Assembly: GCF_009834535.1 (NCBI RefSeq)
Contig: NC_045696.1
Span: forward strand, 44,704,001-44,768,000
From: Camelus ferus
Taxonomy: Eukaryota
Direction of reading: 5' to 3'
Length of the DNA: 64,000 bases
The stretch's first letter is position 1. Each line of letters opens with the position of its first letter. Made by a program: the position numbers and the translations under genes. Under the pieces are notes generated by a model, which was given only the letters and a program-made list of their open reading frames with translations, was not told the origin of the DNA and searched no databases. This document shows positions 1-13,087 of this stretch, in pieces.

Positions 1-1049
1 TTTTACTAAACAGACCTCAGTTATTTTTAAGTAAATTGTATTTTGAACAGTTCTTCCAACAAGTTCATTTTAACAGGCTCGTTAGAATTGTTTACGAGCT
101 GATAAAAAGTGCCATCTTCTGTAAATTTTTTATATAAAAATCAGTGCTATTAAGTATGTTTCACCCTGTAATTTTTGGACCTATTATGGAAAGGAGTAAA
201 ATGTATTTTTATAGTCACTTTTATATAGAAAAACCATAAAAATACGTACATGAAGTGTTTTCAACAAGTATCTGTTGAAGATATATTTTTTAAAGCCAAC
301 AAATATTCATAATGGACTTAATATTAGTATGCATATGCTGTAATTTTATGAATAAGGCAGTTTCTGCCTAGCATTTAATTTTAAATGTTCAAACTTGTGG
401 CATTTATACTTCATTCTGCAAGCATTTTCTCTACCTGGTGATAGGTATGGCACTTTCCAAGAAAAATGCTTATGTTGGTCATAAGACATAGGTTTTGTAT
501 TCTTGCAGGGATAGGCATGGCTCTAAATATGAATAATGCTTTTGATATCAGATCTAAGAGTAAAATGCAAAACATATTTGAATTTACCCTGTTGGATTAA
601 TCTCCTACTCAGCCCAGCCCCAGCGGATGGTAATCTGGTTCTCAAATACAATTTTTCCTTTAGAAATCACTGATTAGTATATGATAAAATTGCTTTTCTT
701 ATCATATTGGAATGGCAAATAAGTATCTGTTTACTAAAACAAAACCTGCATCTGCTTAGCTGTTTTTCTCTTTGCTGATAAGAAATATGTCTTCCTTCTA
801 AAATAAATGATAAAACAGTAAAAAGAGTAGAGTTTCCAGTTATGGTCTGGAAGTTATCATTTTTTAGAATTGATCCAAAACATTTAACTAGAAAGGATTT
901 GAGCTACCTGAGTAATGATTTTTTTTTGTATACAGTATGGCTATCCCTTAGTGATATTAAAAAATAATTGTTTATTTTTTATAGACTGTCAATGCTCACA
1001 GATTTCACAGTCAATACATAGCATATATTCCATTGCACACGAAAGAGCT

Positions 1050-1240
1050 CAAGAGCTTGGGCTATGGATCAGAGCATTAGTTTGATCACTAGCTCTTGTC
1101 TTTATTTTCTCATTTGTAAAATGAGGGTTACAATACTATCAAGTTCATCTGAGATGAATATTCAAAAAGATAGTGAATGTGTAGTGCATATCTCAGTGCC
1201 TGGCACACAGTGGACTCTCAACCAATAATAATCATTATGA
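1050..1240 (+). mobile_element. MIR SINE fragment
   Basis: MIR core 'ttttctcatttgtaaaatgaggg' and 3' end 'cagtgcctggcacacagtgg..ctcaa..taataatcattat'. Confidence 0.7.
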
Positions 1241-2819
1241 ATCACATTTTTCATAATAATATAATAAATGTAAGTTTATTCATATCAGAAAAATACGTGA
1301 AATACCTCATTTTACCAGTTGGAAGATATGTTTAGTTCCACTGAAGTATATTTTTTTAGTTCCTATAACAAAATTGGAATTCATAGTCTTATTAGGATGT
1401 TTCATAGTCCCAGTATCTGTCAAGTAACTTTTCTGTTTTGTCATCTCAGGGAAAACAAAAGAAAAACACAAATGGAAAATTACAGCCTTAAAATGTGATT
1501 TCCCACAAACAAAAACCATTAAGGAAAAATAACACATGCTAAAATTGTTAAGACATATGTTATTTATAATATTATTCTTAGAAATTGATACTGCATATGT
1601 ATTTCTATAATTTGAAAGGTATTACAGCTTAGAAAGAGAAAAAAATTATTATAATGGAATTATTTTGAAGATAAAGTTATGATTTTAAACACAAGGCACA
1701 TTTTCTCAACTATAACTCAATAGAGGGAGCTCCACTACTTTCCTTTTATGAGCACTGTAGGATGCTTCTATTTATTATGATTTTCTGGTGACCTTTAATA
1801 GTGAAATTATGGAAAGTCTGTAATTTTAATATTAATGATATTTTAGAAATTGAATTATATTTTCCTCTTATTAGTGGAATTCAAAAAAGGCTTCTACAAA
1901 TAATATGTTTTCAACCCCTAGTTCTTAGTTCTCTGTACCCTTTGAATAATAAATCACTAGAAGAAATTAAAGTAGATATACTCTTGAGAAGCCTAATCCA
2001 CTTTAATATTGCAAGGCATCAAAGGAGAACAAAGTTTATTTCCAGTGATAAAATAATGAATATTTTTGAGAATACTTTTGTGGTATCTATTAAATGAAAA
2101 CAGTTATATGTTTCAATAAGCGAGCAAAATTAGCTGATATTTTTCTCACTCTGCCTAGATTTTTAACAAGTGGTTATAGACTTCTATGTGGAAATGGCCT
2201 ATATTGATATCTTTCCGTCTTTTTTATTTTCCCGGATATCCCCTTGATTTAGATATCTCCAGCTAATTTTCAGTCTTAGGTTAATATCCATCACCTGTGT
2301 GTGATCCTAACTATTCATTTACCTTTTATGAGATTCACTTTTGTCATGGAAGTATTTCATATGATTTCTAAGATCTTTACAGCTTAAAAATTCTAAGATT
2401 TAAAATTATTCAGCGAATTAGAAAAATGTATATTGGTTTGAATTGATGATAAGCAATAACTTTTACTGGCAGTCCAATTAAGAAGAAAACTTTTAAAATG
2501 ATAATCCCCATTTACTTTATATTTAAGATGGAAATTTTTTTTTTTTGAGTTCTGCAGAAAATTGTGTAATTCCCATATGCAGACCTCCTAATTTATTACT
2601 AAAATGCTTTCGGTTAAAGAAATGGCCCAGTTCTCTGGTATATTTAAGAATGGCCAACACAGAAACAGCTTTTAAACAGTTCATGTTAAAATTAGATACG
2701 TGCTCTTGTGGCGGTGCTAGGAGGGCAGCCTGGGACTGAGGCCTGTTGCTTATTCATTACCGTTTTAAGCATTCCTTAAATAGTGCTTGTTTTATTTCGT
2801 TTTCTTTCTGTTATAGATG

Positions 2820-3012
2820 AGAGTTTGAGAATGTGGCTTCTGGAGCTAAATTGTGTGATTTTGAGTTCTGCGTCTCCACTCTCCACCTCCGAGCCGGGTG
2901 ACATTGGGCAAATTGCTTAACCACTCTTCTGTCCTCATTGGTGCAGTCGGGACAAGTTCATTCAATAGTGTGACTCAAATAATACACTCTCAGTAAATTG
3001 TTAGTATTATTA
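2820..3012 (+). mobile_element. MIR SINE fragment
   Basis: 'ttctggagc...gggtgacattgggcaaattgcttaacc.ctct' MIR core and 'ctcagtaaattgttagtattatt' tail. Confidence 0.65.
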
Positions 3013-3649
3013 AAATATTTAATTTCAGGAAATCTTTTCACCTTCCCCAAAATACGATTATAAAACCAATGTACTCCCATGAATACATACAGAATAGAAG
3101 TCTCAGTTTGTTCAGAATTAGAAAATTGACAATTGTATCTCCTCCCCACTTCACCTTTTTTTTTCTCCTGCTCAGGAAGTGGAATATGAATGAAGGTGAT
3201 GTCATATTATTTATTGGGCATAACCTTGAATCTATTCACTTTATAAAATAAATAGAACACTCACAAACACCTAGACTTTATCCATTAATTATTAGTATCA
3301 TCATTATGACATAGTCCTCATCTGATAATGAAACATCATCGCATTGCGGTAAATTTAAAACTAAAAGTAGGACACCTTGCAGGCTGTAGTTCATAATGTC
3401 TGAGGGCATATTGTTGCCTTATGTCATTAACATAAGTTGGCCCAAAGTAACTTAGAAGTAAGAAAATGTGTGTGTGCCTAAAAGACAGATTTGTGTAGAC
3501 TCCATAGATTCAGAGTAAAATCAGAGTAGTGATCATACACAATTTTAAGGAAGTGGAAAAAAAAGAGTCCAAACAGTTTTTCTAAACTTCATTTTAGCCC
3601 CTGTCCAATCTCGTTTCCCCTCTACCATTAAACTGATGTAAGGTATGAA

Positions 3650-4142
3650 TAGAATCTTGTAACTGATCTGCTTAAAATACTTCAGTTGCTCCCTGTTAGA
3701 GTAAGGGTAAAATACAAGCTTCTTAGCATAGTATTTAATTAAGGTATTTAATTCTCAACACAGTCTTTCTTGGAAGTCCAGGCTCCAGTCAAACTTCTAA
3801 GTGTACCATGGCCTTCTTGTTCCCTGTGTTGTTATTCGTGCCACTGCTGTATTCTAGAATGCTCTCCCATAGCCCTCCCTTTGCCTGAAAAATAACTGGC
3901 ATCTCTGTCCTTCAGAACACAGTTTAGATGCCATCTTTTCCAGAAATTCTTTCCTATCTCCCTAAAGTGTCCTCCTCTGTGGTTCCAGAGCTAATTTCAT
4001 TGTTGTCTATTATTGTCTCTCTCCCTTAGAAGACTTTTGTGTTCTGGGCACAGGGGCTCTGTCTTCTTAATCTTTTTTTCTATTCAGTGTCTACTAATAT
4101 ACACTATATCCCCAATACATGTATGATGATTGAATAAATGCA
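3650..4142 (+). mobile_element. LINE-2 3' fragment
   Basis: L2-like blocks 'ctgcttaaaatacttcagttgctccc', 'ctagaatgctctccc', 'cacaggggctctgtctt', terminal 'tgattgaataaatg'. Confidence 0.65.
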
Positions 4143-7100
4143 TTAGTCAAAATTAGAAGTCTCAATTATTAATAAAGTCTATTTAAAACTGCAACACATA
4201 TTTACATATGAATTATAAATACCTGTATTGAGACAATTTTTCAATTTCTGTTAGAAATTTAATTAGAGAATGATTAATATCCTGAATTATGGTTCTTAAA
4301 AAAAGCAGAATTTGCCATATTCTATCCAAGCTACGCAATGAAGTATAAAAAGAAATGGAATAAAGTTAGAGTAATTCTTATTCCAGGTGCCAATCCAGGT
4401 TAACAAAGTTAAAAACTTTAATAACTATATTCTTCTAGAGCTTCCATAGACATTGAACATTAAATGTAAGATTTTCTAGAGAAATACAGAAATTTATTTA
4501 AAGTAATTTATTTTTAAAACTACAAGTTTTTCTAGGATAATTGCAGGAATACATTCTCAATAGGCAGTCATTTACTGGTAATATTTTTGTTTCTCCTCTT
4601 TTAAATTAAACCTGTGGATCAGAGCATTTTCCTGAATTTGACAAAACTCGTATAGAAATGATTTCATGAGAAACTGATCAGTCATGCAGGCAATATTGAA
4701 TATATCTATACCACAGAAAATATGTGTGTATGGTGGGCCATGCCTTGAATGTTTTTAACATTAAAATGCTAGAGATAATTTGGAGGAGAATCTAGTGTTA
4801 CTTTCACAAAAGTGTTTTCTATTGAAGAATTTTTAAAAATCAGATACACACCTAAAAAATTCATGAAAAAATTAAAAGATTTTATTTTTACTGAAAAATA
4901 TACTTTGTGCTCTCGAAACTAACATATCATTTTAAGAAACAGGCCATTACTGGTTAAAAAAACATAGTGCAGAATTGAATTTATCACAGTATCTCATTAT
5001 TTGATAATATTTGAGAGCCGAAAACCTAATAGTTTTACATCTGTCTGATGTCTCTTCTCTGAGCAAAATAATCCTAATCCTTAAACCCTTTTTACTTAAA
5101 ATCTTTTTTTTTTTAAATAAGCCTAAGTTTTTTTTTAACCTTACTTTAGAACCTTCTTCCCAGTTGCTCTGAATTTTAACTTTCATATCATGGTTTTATT
5201 CTGTCACACTCCATAGAAAACCTTGTTAGTAAATTTTTACTTCTCTGGTCTAATAGTCAGGTTGCCTCCTGAATTCCCAGAATTAGAAAAATTCTGATGT
5301 TTTCCAAATATGTTACAAAAAAGTACTTGTCCTGATACACCAGTATGACTGCAACGCGTGATCACTGATCGGTCCCACACATTGTATACCTGTTGTGCTC
5401 CATGCACAGCAATGCTTTACAAAAGAATGGCCAATATATTTGTATAACCAATTTTAGGTTTAACAACTATATTTTTTATTTTATTTTTTTAATTACAAAA
5501 TCTAATCTCACTTTCAACCTTTGCAACATAGGACTTTGAATGTAGTATGGCATAAGTATCAAAAAGTAATCAAAGCAAAGGTATTATCAAATAAAGCCAA
5601 GTGAGTGAGACTTTCTTTAAATATATAAAACTGGTTGGGCCACAACAATGACCTGTCAAGAGTCTAGATTAATCAGATAGTCTACATGACAATTATTTTT
5701 TATCTCTTCCACTACTTGAAAAAATATCACAATTCCTATGACAAGTATTGCATGAATTCTTGGATTCTTGGCATCTCATGTAGGTTTCACATTAACAGTT
5801 TTGTGACTCAACAAAATAATCTTCCCACAAACATACCAGACAATATATAAATAATAGAGATTTCAATTTTTTATGAAAGCAGAAGCTAGGATTAATATGA
5901 TGAAATAATTTTCTTCATCAACAAGCCTTATTTTATCCTATGTGAATGAATAGGTTTAAAAACTTAAATTTTATGATGAAGAATGTGATTACAGGAAAAG
6001 TGAGTATTCCACATAAGCTGTAGAGGACAAGTGATGCTTAAGGGGGCAAGTTGTGCTGCTGAGGAAGGTACAGGAGGAAGTGAGAAGACCTCTCTACAGA
6101 GAGAAAGGAAAGAGAAGACCTGAATGCTAGCATGAAAGAGAAATTGCTTGTTTAAAAAAGAGATTACCACAATAATAATTTTTCTTTTCTGCTCTGTACC
6201 TAGTTGATAATACACTCTAGCAATTCCAAATTTGAATCTCTCTTCTCAATAACTAAAAATCACTTAATTTTTATCTTGAAGCGGGAGAACAATGGCTGGA
6301 AAGAAACTTCTTACAGAGAAGTTTTGTTGCAAATCTCTATTGAAATCCAGATAATTATTGACCAAATTTAGCAGTGCTTATCAAATTCTACAATAACAGA
6401 ATTGAATTCATGGTTCTTTATCAAAGTTGAGGAATTCTGAATGGTATTTGCTTGCTTAATTCTAGAGATAAGCTAAAGTTAAATTAAATAATGCTAGGGG
6501 ATATTATTTAATAATAAAATTACATAAATATACAGCACTTCTGTCAGTTTCCAACTGAGCAAATTTATGTATACTCAGATCGGTGGTGCATGCTGAAGGC
6601 TTGTCTATACAGATTCAGTCCCCTACCTGGAACCAGTGAGAATCTGGTAAGACAGTTTCTGCTTTTGAAACTACTGTTTCTGATTTTGAAACTACTGCCC
6701 CAGAGATGCGATGGAACATATACCATTAATTTAGTGTTGTACGGTCTGCTGTAAACGCAGTGATTAGTACACCTGAGATAAGACTTGAGCATTGAGCTTC
6801 TGTTTCAAAGAGTAGGGCTGAGCTGGAATAAAGAGTTTACCTTCCCAAGTTTGCAGAGGAAGTTAAAACTAGAGAAGTGAGTAAAACAGAGAGATGAGTG
6901 AGTGACTACTCACATTTTGGAAAGGGAAATCTGATGGGTGAACAAATCTGAAGGAAGAAGAAATGGATATTAGAAAACCAGAGTTAGGAAGACAAAAATG
7001 AACCAGTGAAATGTCTGATTAGAACAGGTGCCTCTACATCTGTTTGGAAACAATAGCACAATGGTCCATGCATGGGCCAACTGAACAGAAATATTCAAGG

Positions 7101-8699
7101 CCAGAATAAACTGCAGTTTTGGTTCTAATTCCAGCTTCCCTCCCTTGGTTTATCCATAGAGAGCCCAGTCAGATCCATTCTCATTGGCTGGGGACATTTC
7201 TCCCCATCCTTAGGATTTTGCAAGACGTTCCCCCACATCCTACCTTCCTACCCCCTTTCCCTATAGCTTTTACCCCTAGATATTAGACCCTGCTTCCTGA
7301 CAGCCTAGACTTGGCCTATCATCATATTAAACTGAATATATGTATTTAGTTGCTTTCCTAAGTGAGTTGTGAATTTTTTTTTTAATTAAAGTTACGTGGA
7401 AAGGGGTGTTTATTTCCTATCGAGTTAGGCATATTTATGAGAAGCATGCCTGTTTGGACACAAAGCCCAATTCAGGAAGTACCAAATAACTAGTCTCATT
7501 ATGTTCCTTTTTCAAGCACGGCCTCCAGTGTTTAGAATGCTATCTGTCTGAACTTAATTCTGGAACAGGAAAACGAACATCAAAGTAGTATGAGCAAGTT
7601 ACCTAATAAACATTATTCTCCCAATAGTTTCAATCTCACTCTGGTTAATATCATATTAAGTGTTAATGATATTTAAAATTGATAAGCTTTGAATTTTATT
7701 TTCTCTTTTCACCTCAAATCATTTTCTAAATAGAAATTTAGAGATTTCTCTATAAGAGAAATAGAATAACTGAGGAGAAATTACATTTTCCACAGCAGTA
7801 TTTAGTAGTCATACAGTCTGAGCTTCCAAATGAGTTTGCTATAGGAATGGCAGGCGGAAATAGAAATAAAAGAAACACCCTTCCCACCCACAACCCCCAC
7901 CCCTCCAAAGAATCCATCAAACAAAGCCCAGGAACACTTCAAACATAACATCATCCTTTACTTTTTTGTTGGTTATTTACTTTGCCTTCTGGAAATATTG
8001 CACAATCCATTAGCTTTTTCTCTTCAGATATTTGCAGGGTACAGAATGTCCTACTAACTTAAAAAAAAATTGATTCTCACAACAGAACCAGTGTGTACTT
8101 GTTAACCACATAACTATATTGTTAGATATAGTTGCTTCACAAATAATAAAATAAAATGAAAAAGAAGTTAAGAAAACGGGCCCCATGAAAACAGTTCATA
8201 CGCTCCACCAACGTTATTATTTAGTGCTTAAACTAGAAAACATTTAATAGTGAGTGTTGGTTTATCACTGTTGAGTCAATAACAGTGACCAGGATCATTG
8301 TCGCATTAATAACAGTGACCAGGAACTTTCCCCCCCGGTGAGGCCAGTGGTCAATGGCAGAGTGGTGTAGAAGACGGCAGAATATGAGCCCCAGGTTTCC
8401 TTTGTCAACAGCTGTGGGCTTTTGGTTAGTCATTTTCTATTTTTGTTCTCTGTTTCTTTGTTCAGTGATGAATGCAGGAGCTAGATGGGCTTCCTTCCGT
8501 GTGGTTATGAGTGTGTGTGATTTCATTCCATTGCCAAGTAGAAAGGATTTTGGCATTGTCTCTTTTGGTAGTATTTGCTCTTCTTCTTTCTCACCAATAA
8601 GCTCAGTTAAGAGCTAGCCCATGGAACATTTTGCAGATTGAGATTCCCAGTCACAGTGGACCATAAATAAAATAATTAAGCCATAGAAAGAAAGAACAC

Positions 8700-9200
8700 A
8701 GTATAGACTAGCATTAGCAGTGTGTGAAATTATGAGAGATGAGGAAGGGTACAACTCCTCCCCTACTCAACACTGAATACACTTCATGAGAGTATATTAT
8801 TGTATTTCATTTTGGTCTCAATATTTAAATAAAAATTTCAAAAAGAGAAGTGGATTTGGTTCAGAGAAAAACAATAATTTTAATTAAACCTTACAGAATA
8901 TAGGTCCTGTGAGAAAGGGTTATCATACGGAGAAGGTAGGGGTCAGGTGTGAATTAAGAGCTGTGATGAAAACACTGATCCACGTTCCCTGTCTTCCCGC
9001 AGACATCTGTCCCACACTGGTAATCACAAAACAAGATTCAGCTGCTGAAAGAAAAAGCTTTGCCTTTGAATTTGCTGCTTTGGGGGACGACTCAGTGACT
9101 GCTATCTCTGATAGTGTTAGAAAATGTTAGAGCCAGTTGTTTGGGAAGTTTTCTATGTATTCCATACTCAAGGCAGAGATTTTTCTGATATCTCTTTCAA
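8700..9200 (+). mobile_element. CR1/L3 LINE fragment (ancient)
   Basis: Degenerate L3 ORF2 3' blocks: 'ccctactcaacactg', 'attgtatttcattttgg', 'gttcagagaaaaacaa', 'gtcctgtgagaaagggtt'. Confidence 0.5.
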
Positions 9201-9624
9201 TTTAGACATCAGTATGAAAGGATAATAAATTTGGTGATAAATACTTCATTTTTCTTATCTGCAAAGTGACAGGGAGAAACCGTAACTTAAGATTTCCTTC
9301 TGATTCAAATTGTCTGATTTTTAAGTGTTGGGTTATTGGGCCTGTAACTTAGCTTGCTATTTGATTATAGAAATATCCTTCTAGGAAACTTATTTTAGTT
9401 TAAGAGACAGCATTTTCTTTCTTTTTCTTTTAAAATATAAAATGAGTAGATTTTGAATTTAATAATTAGATTTTAAACGGTTCTAATTAACCCTGCGGAA
9501 CTTCAGCTCTTGAGGGCTGAAAGTCTTGAGACTTTACAGCCAAGATATAGAGTCTATAAACTGAATAGTTGTAGAAAGAATTTTGTGAGAGGAAGGAGGA
9601 AAAATGAGTAACTAAAACTAACTG

Positions 9625-9805
9625 CTTAAGTGGGCAAGTTGTTTCATGTCTCCAGGTCAGTTTCCTTCTCTGTAAAGTGAAAGAAATAATAGTAATTATA
9701 TCAGAGGTTTGTTGAAAGAACTAGCTGACATAATCTTTGTAAACTGATTAGCAAATTGCATAGCAAGGAGTACAGACCTCAGAGATGTTTGCTATGACTG
9801 TTAAT
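9625..9805 (+). mobile_element. MIR SINE fragment
   Basis: 'tgggcaagttgtttca..tcagtttccttctctgtaaagtg..aataatagta' MIR core. Confidence 0.7.
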
Positions 9806-9969
9806 ACTGTTACTGTCAACATCTTAAACTGAATGTTTTAATATTCTGTACCTTCCATGAAGAAGTTCAAATCTGACACTATTCAAATATAATAGAAAAG
9901 AGGAAAACTTTTTCATGTAAAGTGGAAAAGTATCCCATTACAGCTTGCTTTGTGCTTTTTTATTAGAAA

Positions 9970-10447
9970 TATAAGGATAAATAATAAGGAAAAAGTGGTG
10001 GCCAAACAATGTGTATGATATGCTCATTTGCATGAAAATGGAATATGTCTATTTATAGGGTTTTTTTGTTTGTTTGTTTTTTGTGTGTGTTTGCTTTGGA
10101 GGAGGTAATTAGACTTATTTATTTACTTCTTTATTTTAATGGAGGTACTGGAAATTAAACCTAGGACCTTGTGCATGCTAAGCATGTGCTCTACCACTGA
10201 GCTATACCCTCCCCCCAGAATATGTCTTAAACGGACACAATCATTTAACATGCTTGTGTATACATAGATATATTTTTCCTGAAAAACATAGGAGAACATT
10301 TTGTAATGGCTAACTTTGAAAGGGAGGGCTTCAAAGTTGAAATAATTAGAGCCGGGGATATGAGATAGAAGGGAAACCTTTCTTTTAAACAGCATATTCT
10401 TTCATGTGATTTGAATATTTATAATTTGTGTATTATTTTAAAATAAA
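9970..10447 (+). mobile_element. Old L1M(E)-type 3' end, interrupted by the vic-1-like SINE
   Basis: Degenerate L1ME-like 3'UTR ('aacaatgtgtatgatatgctcatttg', 'gaagggaaaccttt', A-rich end) on both sides of the SINE. Confidence 0.4.
10051..10216 (-). mobile_element. tRNA-derived SINE, camelid vic-1-like
   Basis: Minus strand reads GGGGGGAGGGTATAGCTCAGTGGTAGAGCACATGCTTAGCATGCACAAGGTCCTAGGTTTAATTTCCAGTACCTCC (A box intact, B box degenerate), then an A-rich tail; flanked by direct repeat gaatatgtct (10041-10050, 10218-10227). Confidence 0.9.
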
Positions 10448-10645
10448 CTACTAGTGCAAAGATTATTACAACAGTGGTGCTACAACCAAAACTGTAGAAG
10501 AGACTCATCTTCTCAAGTAGTAATGTATCTACTTGGAATTGAGAAATTAGAGCATTTCATTGCATGTATTGCTATCCATGATTATAAAATTTTAGAATAA
10601 CACACTCATTTTTGCATGTTTCTTGCTTCTCTTTCTCTTCTTTAG

Positions 10646-10674
10646 GCACCTGGAAAGTTTTCTGATTCATTATA
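10646..10674 (+). other. Candidate 29-nt internal exon of an unidentified host gene
   Basis: Long pyrimidine tract 'tttcttgcttctctttctcttctttag' | GCACCTGGAAAGTTTTCTGATTCATTATA | gtaagc; two frames open (APGKFSDSL.., HLESFLIHY). Confidence 0.5.
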
Positions 10675-10899
10675 GTAAGCCTACAAATATATTGGAATTT
10701 AAATAATCCTTCATTTTTATTGGCATTTAAAAAAATACTAACCCGCATTTAAATTTAAATCAATTTAAGATGAAATTGCTGAGTTTGCTTGTTGATTGGT
10801 GTTTTGAGGTGATTTGTAAATGTAAAAATGTAAGCCTGTGTGATGCCTGTTAGAAGATTGTTCAAACACATAGTTAATAAACTCACCTCTGTGATGACA

Positions 10900-11000
10900 A
10901 GCAAGTAAGGAGAAGGAAACATACAAGAAGAGGAATTTAAATCTTGTATCAGTAATAATTTTCTGACATCAAAGGTTGTTGAACCACATTTAATGAAATG
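10900..11000 (+). mobile_element. CR1/L3 fragment
   Basis: 'aatttaaatcttgtatcagtaataattttctgacatcaaaggttgttgaacc' resembles the L3 3' region. Confidence 0.35.
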
Positions 11001-12866
11001 GATTACTTTAGACTAGCTTGTGGCATTGTAGTCCTGAAGAAATGTTTCTCAAACTCTTGTGATCCCAATAATTAGGTCATGATTAAATTTATTTGTGAAA
11101 TGGTGCACAGTTATACTCACTCTTAAAATTCGGAATACAGATAAGCTTTGCTAAGGCCTGATGTAAAGAAATCTGTTTAACATTATTTAATCTGGTGTCT
11201 TAAGATACTTGGAGAACTAATGTTGAGGAAACATTACTGTAGTCACGTTTACAAATAAAATATACTACATTAAATATATTATGCAAATGAAATGTAATTT
11301 CCAAATTTAGGATTATTTGATTTCTGGTATCATCTTGAACTGTATTTCTGCATTAAAAATAAAAATACAGCAACAGAAGAACAAATCAAAGAAGGCTACT
11401 GTTCATTTCTGTGAAACTGCATATAAGCTTTCTTCATAATTTAGAATTTATGTTATCCAATTATTAAGGTTAAGCTTACTTAAATTAAGACTAATTGTAA
11501 ATTTGGAGAAGTAGTCAATAATAATTGCCTTATTGTTATTATTTTTTGCCTGGTGTATTGAATACATAGCGCCTCATAAATGGAAGCTAGAGACATCAGG
11601 GATTATCAAGGGTATAACCTCACTACACAGAATATAGGAAAATTGTATTGCCAAGCTGTTTTCATCAATCAGAAAAAATTTCGAAGTATAAATATCTGCA
11701 AGTAAAACATTTTTGTTATTCTAATTTAAGCACTGCTTAGAGAAATGGAAGAATATTAAATCTTACCTCTTCATTGGAGCACTTTAGCAGGGCTAAATTC
11801 TGTGAAGCAGCATTAATCCTCCTAGAAATCTTTGCAACAACAAAGGATGATTCTTTTCAAGTATAGATTCATACAAAACATACTCATAACTCACCTGATT
11901 CAAAGAGACATCCCTTGGCCACAATCTCCCTATAGCTGTCATTGATGGTATTTTTCAGAAACATCGCTCATAAAATGATTCTTTTCAATGCTAGCAGTCC
12001 GGGTAATGGTGTCATACTTGTAGATTGTATTCTGGCATTTAGAAATCCAAATTGTTCTGATTTCTAGGCCCTCCTTTGTGCCTGACATTTAGTTCACAGC
12101 TAGTCAAGAGCTAATTTGAAAGGGATTAGACCTTAAAACACATGTAAATGTGTTTTAAAAGAAACAACTGAAAGAAGGAGATAGTAAAATTAAGACAGGG
12201 AGTAAAAGGTTTTGGAGGTTTTTTTATATTTAAAAATACAATGAACACCTGCCTGTAGGTAATCAACAATTTCAGAGTATTATAACTAACCTCACTTGTC
12301 AAAAATTGAAGCCAGGCTGATTCAAGTTAAAGTGCCTTCAATTTATGAGCTGGGATGAATAGTATATGAAAGGCATTATGAATCCCCTCAAATTGCCATA
12401 GTAATCCTGCAGCTACAGGAGCAAACAAAAAGGCTTTGTGTGTTTTTAAAATATAGTTCTATTCCATTTCCTCAAGAATGCCACACCAGTAGCCACAGTA
12501 TTATGGCACTTGCACTAAGTGTGATGCCAGCATGTAGAACACCTAAAGCTGAAAGAATTAAAATTCATCCTTAGATCATTCAACCCACTAGGAAAGTACA
12601 GAATAGTTTGAGGCAGTAGGTTGAGTGTATTTAGTTCCCCCTTTACTTTTCCATATAGCCTGTAACAGCTGACTCACTACCTGTGTCCGTCCGTCTGTCT
12701 GAAATGACAGTGTCTAAACTCAACATGTGAATGAGGAGGGAAGCAGTGACATCTTGAGACATATCCAGTTTGCTATTGCAGCACACACAGAGCCCTGGTC
12801 AGCCAGCTACTGCCCTCACCCCCAGATGCCTGGGCTTTTCCATCTTTAAGAGACATATCACCTCTT

Positions 12867-13087
12867 TTTTTTATATATATATATAATGTATATATATTTT
12901 TTTTATTGAAGCATAGTCAGTTTACAATGTTGTGTCAATTTCTGGTGGGCAGCATAATGCTTCAGTCATACATGAACATACATATATTCGTTTTCATATT
13001 CTTTTCGCCATAAGTTACTACAAGATATTGAATATAGTTCCCTGTACCATATATGTGGAATCTAAAAAACAGACAAACTTATTTACA
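12867..13087 (-). mobile_element. Short L1 3' end with 5' inversion (twin priming)
   Basis: 12867-~13049 is an antisense L1 tail (T/TA tract, 'attgaagcatagtcagtttacaatg..'); ~13050-13087 is sense L1 ('atatgtggaatctaaaaaac..aaacttatttaca'); TSD agacatatcacctctt / agatacatcacctctt. Confidence 0.85.

Noticed and set aside
10140..10216. tRNA gene on the minus strand
   Set aside because: tRNA-like head only; B box degenerate, followed by SINE body, A-rich tail and TSD
11761..12040. Two minus-strand exons with strong donors (gtgagt, gtaaga) and a ~70-nt intron
   Set aside because: Weak acceptor, the spliced frame hits a stop quickly, no protein similarity recognised
12133..12158. 11-bp perfect hairpin TTAAAACACAT-GTAA-ATGTGTTTTAA
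   Set aside because: AT-rich; about one stem of this size is plausible by chance in 64 kb
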